Below the pieces are notes generated by a model. The model was given only the letters and a program-made list of their open reading frames with translations. It made no database searches and was not told the DNA's origin. DNA of 64,000 nt, taken from the NCBI GenBank assembly GCA_029717555.1, contig JAMDHS010000001.1, positions 620,001 to 684,000 of the forward strand, written 5' to 3'. The DNA is from Peribolospora baueri. Its lineage: Eukaryota. This document shows, piece by piece, positions 40,701 through 52,003 of this stretch; position 1 is the first letter of the stretch; each line of letters starts with the position of its first letter. Both the position numbers and the translations under genes were made by a program.

Positions 40701-42814
40701 GGCCATGACGTCGCAGTCGACGTTGTCGTCGACGCGGATGAACGCTTCCGGCGTGCCGTCCTTTCGTTTCCGGATCGCCGCCTCTCGCACGCCAGGGATT
40801 CGGAGGGTGGCGCGCTCGACGGCGCGCACGTCGACGCTGACCCGCTTGCTCGGGATCGGCTGGGTCAAGGGGGCGTTCTTGTTGGGCGCTTTGGCCTCAA
40901 AGTGTCGAAGGAGCGGAGGTACATCGTCGCTGAGGCAACCTATGCCGAGACGTTGCCCGAGCTTGATGCGCAACGGCTTGCCCGCGTTGTTCTTGGGAAG
41001 GTCGTCCATGTAGACGATGGCGAAGGGCCATTTGGACGGGTGGAGGTGGGCGCGAAGCGAGTTGTGGAGCTCGTTGAGACCGATCCGGGGTTGGTTGGGG
41101 ACGGGGACGACGACGATGCCGATGGTCTCCTGGAGGACGTTGTGCTCGATGGCGAAGGCGAGGGTCTGCTTGATGCGGGCGCCGGCGGCGGTCATGACGG
41201 CCTCCTCGACGTCGAAGGGCGAGATGACCTCGCCGCCCTTGTTGATGATCTCCTTGCTCCGTCCGGTGATGAACAGGTAGCCGTCGGCGTCCATGTATCC
41301 CAAGTCGCCCGAGTCGAACCAACCGTCGCGGGAGAACTCGTCGGTGTTGAGGGGAACGGACGGGTCAGGGCTCACCTCGTAGCCGTCAAACGTCGGCAGA
41401 CCGCGGACGGAGACGGCGCCGATGGAGCCCCGGGGCAGCTCGCGTTCCTTGTTGAAGGGATCGCGAATGGAGAGTTCGGGGCCGCAGGCGAGGCCGGAGC
41501 AGCCGGGCCGGTCGAGTTGGTAGTCGGTCGGAGGGGAGGCGATGGGCATGCACTCGGTCATGCCGTACGACGGCAGGACAGCGGTGCCGACGAAGGTGTC
41601 CTTGAGCTGCTGCGCGAGAGTCGGCAGGAGACCTCCTGCGGCGTTTGCGATCATTCGAACGCTGGAGAGGGACGGAAGGGAGGTGAGCGACGTCAGCGAG
41701 CGCACGGTTGGTTGCCCGGGGCGGCTCTTGAGATGAATATGATCGCTCTCGCGGCGGCACTCACGCCGTGTCTCTGGACGGCACGACATCGTCGGGCCGG
41801 GCGGCCAAGATGGCGTGGTGCATGGTGGGCGCGGCGTAATACCATGTGGCCTTGAGTTCGACGGCGACGTGCCACCAGTTTTGTGCGTCGAAACCTGGGC
41901 ACATGATGGCGGAGGAGCCGGAGAGAACGGGAGAGAGAAGGTTTCGGACGATGCCGCCGACGTGGAAGAGGGGCATCATGTTGACTGGAAAGAACACGGG
42001 AAGCGATTGAGCGAAGGAAGAGCCATGATCGCCTGCCTTGCCTGGCTCACTCACGGTTGACGTCGGTGGGAACGAGCTCCCAGGAGTGAATGACACACGC
42101 GGTGCCGACGATGAGGGTGCGGAGCGTGTAGGGGACGACCTTTTTCTTTCCGGACGTGCCAGAGGTGTGGAGGACGAGGCTTTGGTCGGAGAGCTGATGC
42201 AAGCGGTCAAGGGGTGGGACGGCGTGGAGGGGGTCGGTGACGGGGGGACGCGCGCCGGTGGAGGAGGGGAGACAGTCCATGTCGAAGAGGCCGGCGGGGC
42301 CGTCGTCTCTGGCGTCGACGAAGATGATCTCGATGCCGAGGTCATCGTGGAGCTGCTGGAGCTCGAGGCGTTCGACGGCGTCTCGGGTGGTGACGACGGC
42401 CTTTGCGCTGAGCCTCTCGACGTCCTCCCTGAGCTCGGGTGCGGTGGCGCTGGCGTTGATGGGTGCGCAGGTGTGGTAAGCGGCACAGCAGATGAGCATG
42501 ACGGCGAGCTCTGGGCCGGTGGGGAGCATGAGAGCGACGCGGTCATTGCGGAGGAGGTTGGGGGTGAAGGAGGTGGGAAGGGAAAAGGCGGCTACAAAGT
42601 CCTTGAGGGTGCGGTGGTCGAGGGGCGGCCGGGAGGTGTCTGGGGACCATATGGCGGGGCGAGAGGTGGAAGGGAGGCAGTGGTAAAGAGAGTGGATGCC
42701 GGGGTTGTCGACGACGTTGTCGGCGAGAAAGTCGCCGAGCGGTCGGTCATGGCAGCGAGGAAAGGAGAGTAAGTGAGCGAGGGGGAGTTGGTGGGAGGGA
42801 GGGGCGAAGGCCAT
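37743..42814 (-). CDS. Membrane-bound NRPS-like enzyme: CoA-ligase-type A domain, carrier (T) domain, three TM + left-handed beta-helix units (Pls / polymalate-synthetase-like), about 1,598 aa
   Basis: A domain: LHTSGTSGKKK, NMMPLFHVGG, SYGMTECMPI, WFDSGDLG, GRSKEIINKGGE, LPKNNAGK. T domain: DFFLLGGNSL (Ser codon 40440-40442). Three hexapeptide units starting LGANVG, LGAKVG and MGAKIG, separated by hydrophobic segments; two are preceded by KW..G....G.Y.W motifs. The last unit ends YVGW|PA. Introns 41985-42054, 41662-41764 and 37816-37917 restore the frame (4797 nt). Confidence 0.9.
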
Positions 42815-44232
42815 GTCTTGGGCGCGAAGGCGCGTCAGGGGGGTGGACGACGGGGCGGAGGCGCTTCACCGGGGGGAAGGGGGGAGTGGTGGTAGGGAGT
42901 TTGGTGGAAGAAAGGTGAAAGAAAGGGAAGGAATGTGGTGATAGAGAATGTCGAGGCCAAGGTGAGCGAAGCGTAAGGAATGTCGGTTGTTCGGTCGCCG
43001 AACGCGCCGTGGCGGCCGCGCAAAAGAGAGATGGATCGATGTGATCGGCGCGGGCGAGGGCGGGCGGGCGGTCAACGAGGGGAATGGCGGGCTGGCGGTG
43101 GGTGCGCTGGCCAGGCGGCGGGGTGGGTGGTGGTGGTGGGAGTGGGAGTGGTGGTGGTGGTGGGAGTGAAAGTGGAAGTGGGAGTGGGAGCGAGAAGGAG
43201 CGTGCGATGACGACGAGGGCGAGGCGAAGGAGTAACTGAGTGGGAGGAGTCGAGGCTGCGCACGCGCTAGACGACGAGCCGGAGGAAGGAAGAATGAGTG
43301 TCGGCGCCAAAGGCTCAAAGGAGTGAGCGAGCGAGCGAGGGGGCGATCAGGCGACGACGAGCGACGAGCGACAGCGACAAGCAACGGGCGGATGAAGGTA
43401 TGTATGATGTATCTATCGAGCGGACGCTTCTAAGCGCTGGCGTTGGCGTGGCTGGCGGTTGCTTGGCTGAAAGGACAAAAAAAACGCCGAGCGAGAAGAA
43501 AAAGTCTTGGGCCGCTGTTCCCGGTCAGGTGCGTAAATGACGTCGAAATGCCACGCGGGCTGAACGGGGGACACACACACACACACACAGCCAGCCACGA
43601 CGAGACGAGACGAGACGAGACGAGACGAAAAGGCCATTCGAAGGCAAGACAGGTTGGATTGGAAAATGGTAACACCGCATTCTGGGCGACGCGCGACGAG
43701 GCGAGACGAGGCACGACGGGATGGGATGGGATGCGATGGATGGAAGCAACGCAACGACAAAGACGTCGTCGGTCATCTTCTGTTCCTCCAAATGTCCCGC
43801 CGTGTCCTTTTCTTTTCTTTCCTTTTCTTTTCTTGTCCTATCCTGTCTTTGTCTAGTGACCCCCGTCCTCTCGAGGGGTTCGCCCCTTCGTCACCGCCTA
43901 GCTTAGTTACGTTCCACCGCTAGAACCCAACAACCCACGAAAGCGAAAATGGACCCGACAAAGGCCGAGCCGTGCATGGAATGAACGGCGACTGGCCCAA
44001 TCAACAAAAGGCACGTCCTCACCCTTACCCTCACCATTACTCGTACCCTTACCCCTCATGTCCGGGTTTGTACCGGTGGCATGTCTGCACCTGCGTCGAG
44101 TAGAGTCGAGTCGAGTAACCCCTTCCTTCCTTCCCCCTCACTCGTCCAGTCCACCTCCACCCACCCACGGCAAAGAAAATCTCCGCAAGGAGACTCGCTT
44201 GCTCCCGTCGCATCGCACAACAGTAAGCACAC

Positions 44233-44233
<1 letters not shown>

Positions 44234-44266
<33 letters not shown>
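44234..44266. repeat. (CAGA)n microsatellite
   Basis: About 8 perfect units, downstream of IMA1. Confidence 0.9.
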
Positions 44267-44410
44267 GTAGACGAGAGCGATAGATAGCCATGATATTTTC
44301 ATACGGTTTTGCGCGTGGCCTGCGCCGACGAGATCGTGCAGCAGACATAATAAGAAAACACAACTAGGCAAGCAGGCGTCTCATACACACCCACGTCACC
44401 TCACTTCACG

Positions 44411-47101
44411 TCACGTCACCGCCGCAAAGCCAGCTAAGCAGAACACGTCCGCCGCCACCTCCAAGCCATCGTTCCACCTCGGCGCCCGACCCGCTCTCGC
44501 CGCCCATTCGCCCACATGGTCAGATGGCAAGAGACGATTCAAAAACGTGCTCCGTCGCGTCGATAGACCGCCGCGGCATACGAGCAGGGCTGCGAAGGCG
44601 GAGCGGAGCAATGGTGGTGCATTGGACGACGCTGCGGACGAGGACGAGGATGACGAGGATAAGGCGGACACGAGCAAGGTCAACAGCGAAAGAAGGCATG
44701 CGCAAAGCGTCAGGCCCGCCACCGTATCTTTTTCCACCGCCGCCGACGACGACGCCGTCAAGACGGCTACCACCCAAAAGCTCATGGCGGCCGTGCGCAG
44801 AGCGGCGTACACCCCCGTACATCCGACGGCAGTCCTCCCTCCTCCAGCGCCGGCGGCCGACGAGGACGTCTGCAACGACCGGTCGCCCAAACTCAGGCTT
44901 CCCTCAAACAAGCTCTCCAAGCCCGTCGGTTGTTCCGGCGGGAAAAACCGTTGCGGAGCCAGCTCTACGTTCCTCCCCCACGACGACGACCCGCCGCCGT
45001 CCTTTGTTTGACGAGACCCCGTCGGCGGCAGGGCTTCCCACTCCATCACGTCCTCCTCCCGTATCCCCTCCCTCTGCCATCTCCGCTCACCAGAAGGAGA
45101 AGGCGGATCTGCCGCTGCCGGAGAGGACGCGTGCGACAGCAGGGCGTCCAGGGGCGAGAAGGACTGGCTTGCGAGGCCAAACGTCACGTTCGCCTCCGTC
45201 GTGCCACCACCACCACCACCTCCTCCTCCTCCTCCCGGACCCGCAAGCTCGCTCGTGACTCCAAACGTCGGATGGACTCGCGCCGGAGCCCGCGCCGGAC
45301 GTGGCGATCTCGACGGCGGGTTCGTCGACAGCGATAACGATGCAAACGGGTCTGAGCCACCGCTCGCCTCGACCCTGCTCAAAGTCGAAGTCGACTTTGG
45401 CGATCCTTTGTTGTTCTCACTATCCCTCTCCGTTCCCTCTCCAAGCCTGCCCCCCGCGTCCTTCGTCACCTTGCGCGATACGAGCCTCACTCGGACGGGC
45501 CCTTGAAGTTTCAGGCTCGTGAGCGACGTGTAAAGAGCCTGTGAAAGAAGAAAGTGGAATATCCAGGAGCAAGTGAGCTGGTCGTCTGCCCAAGGGCGGC
45601 ACACGTCCGGTACTCACCACACTCTGAAACAAGGCCAGCGCTGCGCTCAATCCCGCGACGAGGCTTTCACCCGGAAAGGGTATCAGGTCGCCCAAGAAAG
45701 GCGGCGGAACGAGGAGAAGAACGAGAATCGCACGAGAAACGAACAGGATCCCTTGCGCTTGCTGTCAAGGCCACGATGGCGTTATCGTCAATACCACTTA
45801 TTCGTTCCGGCACGCGGAAAGGAAAGGAAACGACACAACTGAGCTCACCCGCCAGGCAGCCTTTCCCTGTACCCGTAGCCCCCTCGCTCCGAAACCTCGC
45901 TTCTGATGATCCCTCTGCACTTGCAGCCACGTCGGGTCCCAGAAACTCCAGAGAATGCTCGAGAGCGCCACCGAGTACGTTCGCAAAGGTTTCCCAGAGA
46001 TGAGACCTAGACTGGGGACGAGGCTGAAGGTCGTCGACTCGAGGCTCGGCGACAGGGCCGCATACGCGGACGCGCTGAGGCCAGCGAATGTGGTCATGAC
46101 CCACAAAAGCCCTCGAAGGCGCCACACGTACTCCATCCCCGTCGAGTGCGCCTTCCAGGGTTGTCCCTCCGAGTCCCGCTCCCCCGCCTCGCCTCCACCG
46201 ACAGCCAACGCTCGCGAGCTTCGTTGTCTCTCACTCTCGGCCAGCCAGCCGGCGAGGACGTTTCCGCGGACGCGCCTATTCCGTGTGTCCAGCTCCTCCT
46301 CCACCCGTGGCAGACACTTGGAGCACAAGAGCGGGTACCGTTCCGCCAAGCTCTCCTGGTACACAGGTAGGGCGGCAAGCAGGTCCGGGTAAGACGGGTC
46401 GTCTTCGTCTGGGAGGTATTGCGACAGGAGATCCGTCACCAATCGTTGGTTGGTCAGACACGAGTGACAAAACATCGACTTGAAGCCCGGGGCCGGACCG
46501 GTTTGTTCGCGGAAGGGGGATGAGGAGGAAAGAGAGGAACGGCGAGCGGCGGTCCAGGACGCCGTGAACGAGTGAGACGATGGCGCGCCTGACGGAGACG
46601 TACGTCCACGTCAGTACACACGAGACATCGTCACGCTCCCGCCCGTCAACGAGATCTGCTTGCTCACCTCGCTTTGCAAACGTCTCCTCGTTCAGAGCCG
46701 GATCGTGCATGGCCGGCTCATCCGAGAGGATTTGGCCGTTCTACATGAATGCAGGACAGAAACGAGTGAGCATCGCTTGGCTGTGAGCGACAAGCGATGC
46801 CGCTGGACGACGACGACGGACGTACCTCGTCCGTTCGGTTCCAGCAACCGCACGCACCGCAATACCAACTTCTGGGAGTCCCGACAGCGGTCTGCGCCTC
46901 ATCGATCTCCGCTTCTTTGCCCTTGCCCTTCACATCCGAGCTGCCCCTAGAGCGCCCAAAGTCTGGATCGTACGTGGCGGAACTTGAGGGAGAACGCGAG
47001 CGGTCCGAAGGCGGTAGCGGCGGCACGAGCACGGCGGGGGTGAGGCAGAAAAAGCAGGTCACGCGCGGGAAAGGGCTCCGACGGCGAAGGAGGAAGGACA
47101 T
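44411..47101 (-). CDS. IMA1: Integral inner nuclear membrane protein Ima1 (Samp1/TMEM201 family)
   Basis: Four CxxC pairs (VTCFFC, WYCGACGCWN, FCHSCLTNQRLV..LSQYLPDEDDP, RYPLLCSKC), TM helices, WSFWDPTW, and LAPQRFFPPEQPTGLESLF. Confidence 0.87.
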
Positions 47102-47437
47102 GTCGGTCGGTCGGAGCTGGAGCGAGCGTCGCCCATGCAACGCCGTCTCGTATAGGACGAGGGAAGGACGCGTGAAGGCGTTGTATTGAACGAGGGCGAG
47201 AGCGAAGGTGGTGGTGGTAACGCTGCCGGTGGTCGCCGGCTAAGGCAGGGAAAGCACAAGCGTTGCTGCGGCCGATCGTTTGGCGTACCTTGAATGGTCG
47301 TTATTTGATTGTCAACCTTTGAAAGACGCATGCGGACGAAATCAACGCGGCTCTGATCCAATTACTCTCAACCCAGGTAGCCCGCCCGCCCTTCGTGCGA
47401 GTGACTGACTGACTTGCGTGCTACGAACAAATGCAGT

Positions 47438-48340
47438 ATGCCCCTCACACCAGTGCCTTTTTCGCTCCCCACCGCCGCGCGTCGTTCGATCTACACCGTG
47501 TCCGCAGACTCGCCCTCGGTGCTCGCCTCCGATCCCCACGCTACCAACGGACACGTAGTGGACAGAAGGACGACCATCGTCTTCCAGGACGTGTGCGGCT
47601 CCGCGACTCCGTCTGCTCCTTCTGACGGGCAAGATGCCGGGCGCAAGCGATGGAGCATCCAAGGCCCTGGGCCTGTCAGCAAGCTGACGATCTGTGAGCC
47701 TTCGGCGTTGCCTTTGTCCGCGTCGAAGGCCATGAGCCGACGGACGGCGGACATGGCGATCGTCGTTCTTTTTCCTCTGACCGCATATCGCTAATGATTG
47801 GCGTGGGTCGAGCGGTCGACGTTCACCGTTCACCGTGCTCTCTTCTCCTTTCCATCCCCGCCCGCCCGGCCCTGACAGACCGCTCGCATGACCTCCACGT
47901 CCATCTTTCCACACGCCTGCTGACATCGACGCTGGAGCTCTTCGACTCGAGCAGACTCATGCTCGTCATCGACCTACCTCCCGACCCGGCAGAGACGACG
48001 GGGCCTCGGCACGAACGCCAACGCCAAGGCGAGCCATCTTCCCCGGGCGCGACTACGACGTACTCCAAATTAGGCACGCTTCAGCTTGACCCGCCGCTGC
48101 GCGACGTCACGATCCGGTTCGCGAGACCAGAGGTGGTGGGCGCTCTCGTGTTTGCACCGAAGCGAGGACGGAGAAGGGGAGAAGCGCTCCGCGAAGACGG
48201 GGATGGGCGGGCGATCTCGAGTTTGACCACGGGCGGCAGCAGCTTGACGGTGGAAGAAGCGGGAAGGAGAACGTATTTCGCGCAAGACGGGGGCCGGGCC
48301 TCTGTGCGTGGGTTCAGGAACGTGTGCATAGAGGTGGAGC

Positions 48341-48371
<31 letters not shown>

Positions 48372-48846
48372 AGATGACGACGAAGGAGGCCTCAGGCATG
48401 CGCGTTCGCTATTGCGCTTCTATTTGGACGAGCCAAGCTACGACCAAGCCAGCTTGGAGGGCACGGAGGAGGAGGAGGAGGACGACGACGACGACGGTGC
48501 GTGGCGGAACCGAAGCGAGCCAGAACAGTTCGTCTTGCGCCTCGCCCCTCCTTCTTCTCCTTCAACCGCCGCTCTCGCCGTCGCCGCCGCCGATCCTCTC
48601 GTCGACCCGAACGGCGAGACGGTCACCGTCGTCTCCCCCGTACGGTGGCGGTGGGTGTGCGAGCCGCTGACGAGGAGGGAGGGGTCCGGGTACCCGGTGT
48701 TGCCGTCTTCCCCGGCCGCCGCTTCCGGTGTCCAAGCTGGTGGTGGGACGGTGGTCGGAGCGAACGGTGGAGGTGGGGAAGGGGGTGGTAATGGCGGAGA
48801 GAAAGGGCGTGCACCAAAGAGGATGATGGGCAATGTAGGACGCTGA
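47438..48846 (+). CDS. Hypothetical protein, possibly C-CAP/cofactor-C-like beta-helix
   Basis: ATG 47438; intron 47694-47878 (GTGAGC..CAG) joins the two ORFs in frame. Short beta-strand-like motifs TIVFQD, SKLTIY, LLTSTLELFDS, LGTLQLD, EQFVLR, CEPLTRREGSGYP, plus acidic tracts. Confidence 0.55.
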
Positions 48847-49241
48847 GTCGCCACTTGGCTGCCCCCCCCCCCATTCTTTGCGACGTGAACCCGGCAGCAG
48901 GGCCCGCTGGCTGACGCTCTGAGACTCAGCTACTTGGACTTCTTCCTTTCCATCGATTCTAGAGGTATATACGAAAGGGCCTCGCGAGACAACCCTTTGC
49001 CAGAACGCACAGCGAGTTTTTTTTTCTTCTTCTCCTTTTATCGGTCAGTGGTATAGAAAAGTAATGGGGGTTCCGAGAGCACGGAAGAAGGGATGTAAAA
49101 AATGCCGAGGGGGGGTCCAAGCGCTCGAGCTGGCGCTTTGGCCGCATTCGAGCAGGGAAAGAAAACGTCAAAGGGGACGGAACGGAGCAGAACGGTGTCG
49201 AAAGTCGTACGAAAAGGGCAGGAGCTGATCGGGGGAAGACT

Positions 49242-51694
49242 TCAATGAGCCTCACTCTTACTCTTTCCCTCGACCTTCTCCGTCGCCGCCGCCACCGAAG
49301 TGCGGCTGACGACGGGCGCGACGCCGTCGGCGAGGCGATCCGCCACGCCCAGCCGCTTGATCGTGTCCTCGTCAATGTTGCTTCGCGGACCAGTGTACCA
49401 CCGATGGGCGAAGAAGAAGTACCAGAGTCCGGTGATGATGAGCACGCCTCCCGTGATGACGATGGCACTGGTGAACGAAGCGAAGCAGTATTGTCAGCGA
49501 CGATTTGAAAAAGGGTCGTGCGGAAAACTGAAAGGAAGACGCGCAATGCAGCAGACTCACTAGTTCATGTTGCTCTTGTCGACCGGGAGAGTGGTGGGCA
49601 GGATGAGAATGATGCATTCAAAGGCAGTCCACAGCGCGGCGGTGATGTTGACGAACCGAGACAGCTTCCCGCGTCCAAGAGTGAACGGACCGGGCTCGAA
49701 CTGAACGTCCGGGTGGTCTTGCCAGATCTCTGCGACACGGGGAGCGGCGAAGAGAAATCTTCGATGAGTTCTCCACTCGAGCAGGCTCACAGTATGGAGC
49801 AAGAGCACTCACGACGGCATACGATGGGAATGAGGTAGCTGCTGTCCATGCCGACGGCGGCGAGAGCACTACAAGCACGAACACAAGCACGCACAACCCA
49901 ACTCCGATCAGCGTTTTTTCCCTCTCTTATTGAAAAACGTCGGATGAGCGACTCACAAGATAGCTTCCACGGCGATGTAGGACGCAAAGTCAAGGCAACC
50001 CATGGCGATGCAGCCGAGGACGACGAGCCAGACGGCGTTGACGGGCGTCTGGGTGAACCGGTTCATCTTTGCGAAGAAGCCGCGGTCGGGCATTCCGCCG
50101 TCACGAGAGAAGGCATAGAAGGAACGCGCGTTGGCTTGGAGGGCGGTGGTGACGACGCTAGGGGAGGGGAAGGCGGAGAAGGCGCAAGAGAGTCTCATCA
50201 GGGTCGGCAGCTCGATACGGAAGGACGGCGCACGGGGACACAACGACCCACAAGAAAGCGACGGCGCAGATGAAAGGCCAGATGACGAGGAAGCCGACTT
50301 GGCCAGTGCGTTCGTACAGGATCTCGGCGAACGCGAGTCCGCCCTGCCAGGTGTCAATGCTGCCGTTCTGAGCATCATCGAATGAGAGAACAGAGGCGAA
50401 GAGAGGGCGACGTCAGCACGGGGAAAACGGGAATGGATGCTGGTCGGCTTTGAAGACTCACAATGACGTCGCCGGAGCAAATAATGACGACGATGTTAAG
50501 GATAAAACCGGCCAAACCGGTGCCGGCGACGGCCACGAAAATGGCCACGGGGGCAGCGACAGCGGCGCGCTTGACCTCCTCGGAGATGTGAGCGGTAGCG
50601 TCGTAATCAGTCATGACGAACTGGACGCAGTAGAGTCCGAACAGGAAGGCCAGGCCATTGCTCGACCAGCCGCTGCCGTTCTGGATGTTTCCGAAGGTGT
50701 ATGCGGCGCTGTGCATCTCGTTACGTGGGGTCATGGCGAGGAGGGTAATGATCGTCACGAGGGTGATGCCAAGGTTGACGAACACCTGCAGGAAGGGCGG
50801 GAAAGAGCATGACGTCGGCGGTAAGCGAAGGAAGGACGTCAAGGTGGGGGATCAAGATGAAAATCTCGATCACAAACAGGCCTTCGTCGTCCGACGTCGA
50901 CACACTCATCCATCGTTCGGTCACTCACATATCCGCTGGTCATGCGCGCAAGGAACTTGGTGCCGAAGCAGTTGAGCAAGCCGTGGATGACGAGCAGACC
51001 GATGTACACGCCAACCAACTCGCCCGAAGAGACGTTGTAGCCGCCCTTGGCCACAGAGACGTAGGCCCAGATCATTTGACTTGTTTAGATGGGAAGGAGG
51101 CGGAGGGAAGAGGGGGAGGACAGCCGGAATGGCTCGTCAACGTGCTTGGCCGATATATGCGCAAGCTCGCGCGCCAACTCACCTGAGACCGAACTCTGTG
51201 CCGGCGATGCCGGCGATCTGACCCGTGAGGTTGAGCCATCCGGTGACCCATGCGACGCGAGCCCTGTACTTGCGAGGTACGACGCGGGCGCTGGCGGTGT
51301 AGAGACCGCCGTTGGAAGGATAGGCGGAGACGAGCTCGGCGATGGCGGTACCGAGGCAGAGGTTCATGATGCTGCCGATGAGCCACGTCCACACGACGGA
51401 GGCGGGACCGCCGAGGCTGAAGGGCGAGTTGAAAGTGGTAGCGACGGAGGAGATGAGGCCCATGATAGAGAAGGCGAAGGAGATGGTGGAAAGGCTCTTG
51501 AACTCGCGCTTGAAGTCGGACTTGTAGCCCAGGGCGGCCAGGCGGGCCTCATCGTCATCGAAAGAGTCACCGCGGCGGGAGCCGGTCTCGAGGTGCGAGT
51601 CGCCGAGGCGGAGGGAGCGCACGGAGCCTTCGTGCGAGGGTCGCACGGCGGCGCTGGAACCGTCGTCCTTCTTGGGAGAGGTGGTGGAAGACAT
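49242..51694 (-). CDS. APC-superfamily ACT-type permease (GABA/polyamine/choline; Uga4/Tpo5-like)
   Basis: ARLAALGYKSDFKREF, FAFSIMG, GGPASVVWTW, AELVSAYPSNGGLY, WVTGWLNLTGQ, MTDYDATAHISEEV, RSFYAFSRDGGMP, TPVNAVW, PGPFTLG, WYTGP; about 7 introns. Confidence 0.92.
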
Positions 51695-51982
51695 GGCGGA
51701 GGAAGGATAAAGGACTGGAGACAGGGGCAGAAGAGAGGGGGGGAGGTGGTTCGGCCGAGGGATTGAAGGAGGGGGAAGGGAGATGGAAAGGACAGAAATG
51801 AAGAAAGCGGAGCCGATGGTGAAGACGGTGAGGAGGCGTCGACCTAGCGAGCGAGGCGGACGGCGGAGGATAGATAAGCCACGAGACACGGTGCGCGGTC
51901 GAGGGTAAGAGAGAAAGGAGACTCTAGGCGTCCCGTGCGGAGGCAGGGACCAGGATGAGCAAGCGATCAAGGAACCAGGCTG

Positions 51983-52003
51983 TATATATATATATATATA
52001 TAT
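51983..52003. repeat. (TA)n tract about 290 bp upstream of the ACT permease start; may double as a TATA element
   Basis: Directly visible; the promoter role is inferred from position only. Confidence 0.8.

Noticed and set aside
38286..42772. Long + strand ORFs (315, 235, 479, 244 aa) opposite the NRPS-like gene
   Set aside because: Same antisense-shadow effect; all conserved motifs are on the minus strand.
35211..52000. Possible biosynthetic gene cluster around the NRPS-like gene
   Set aside because: Neighbours are a polarity protein, IMA1 and general permeases. No PPTase, tailoring enzyme or pathway regulator is adjacent.
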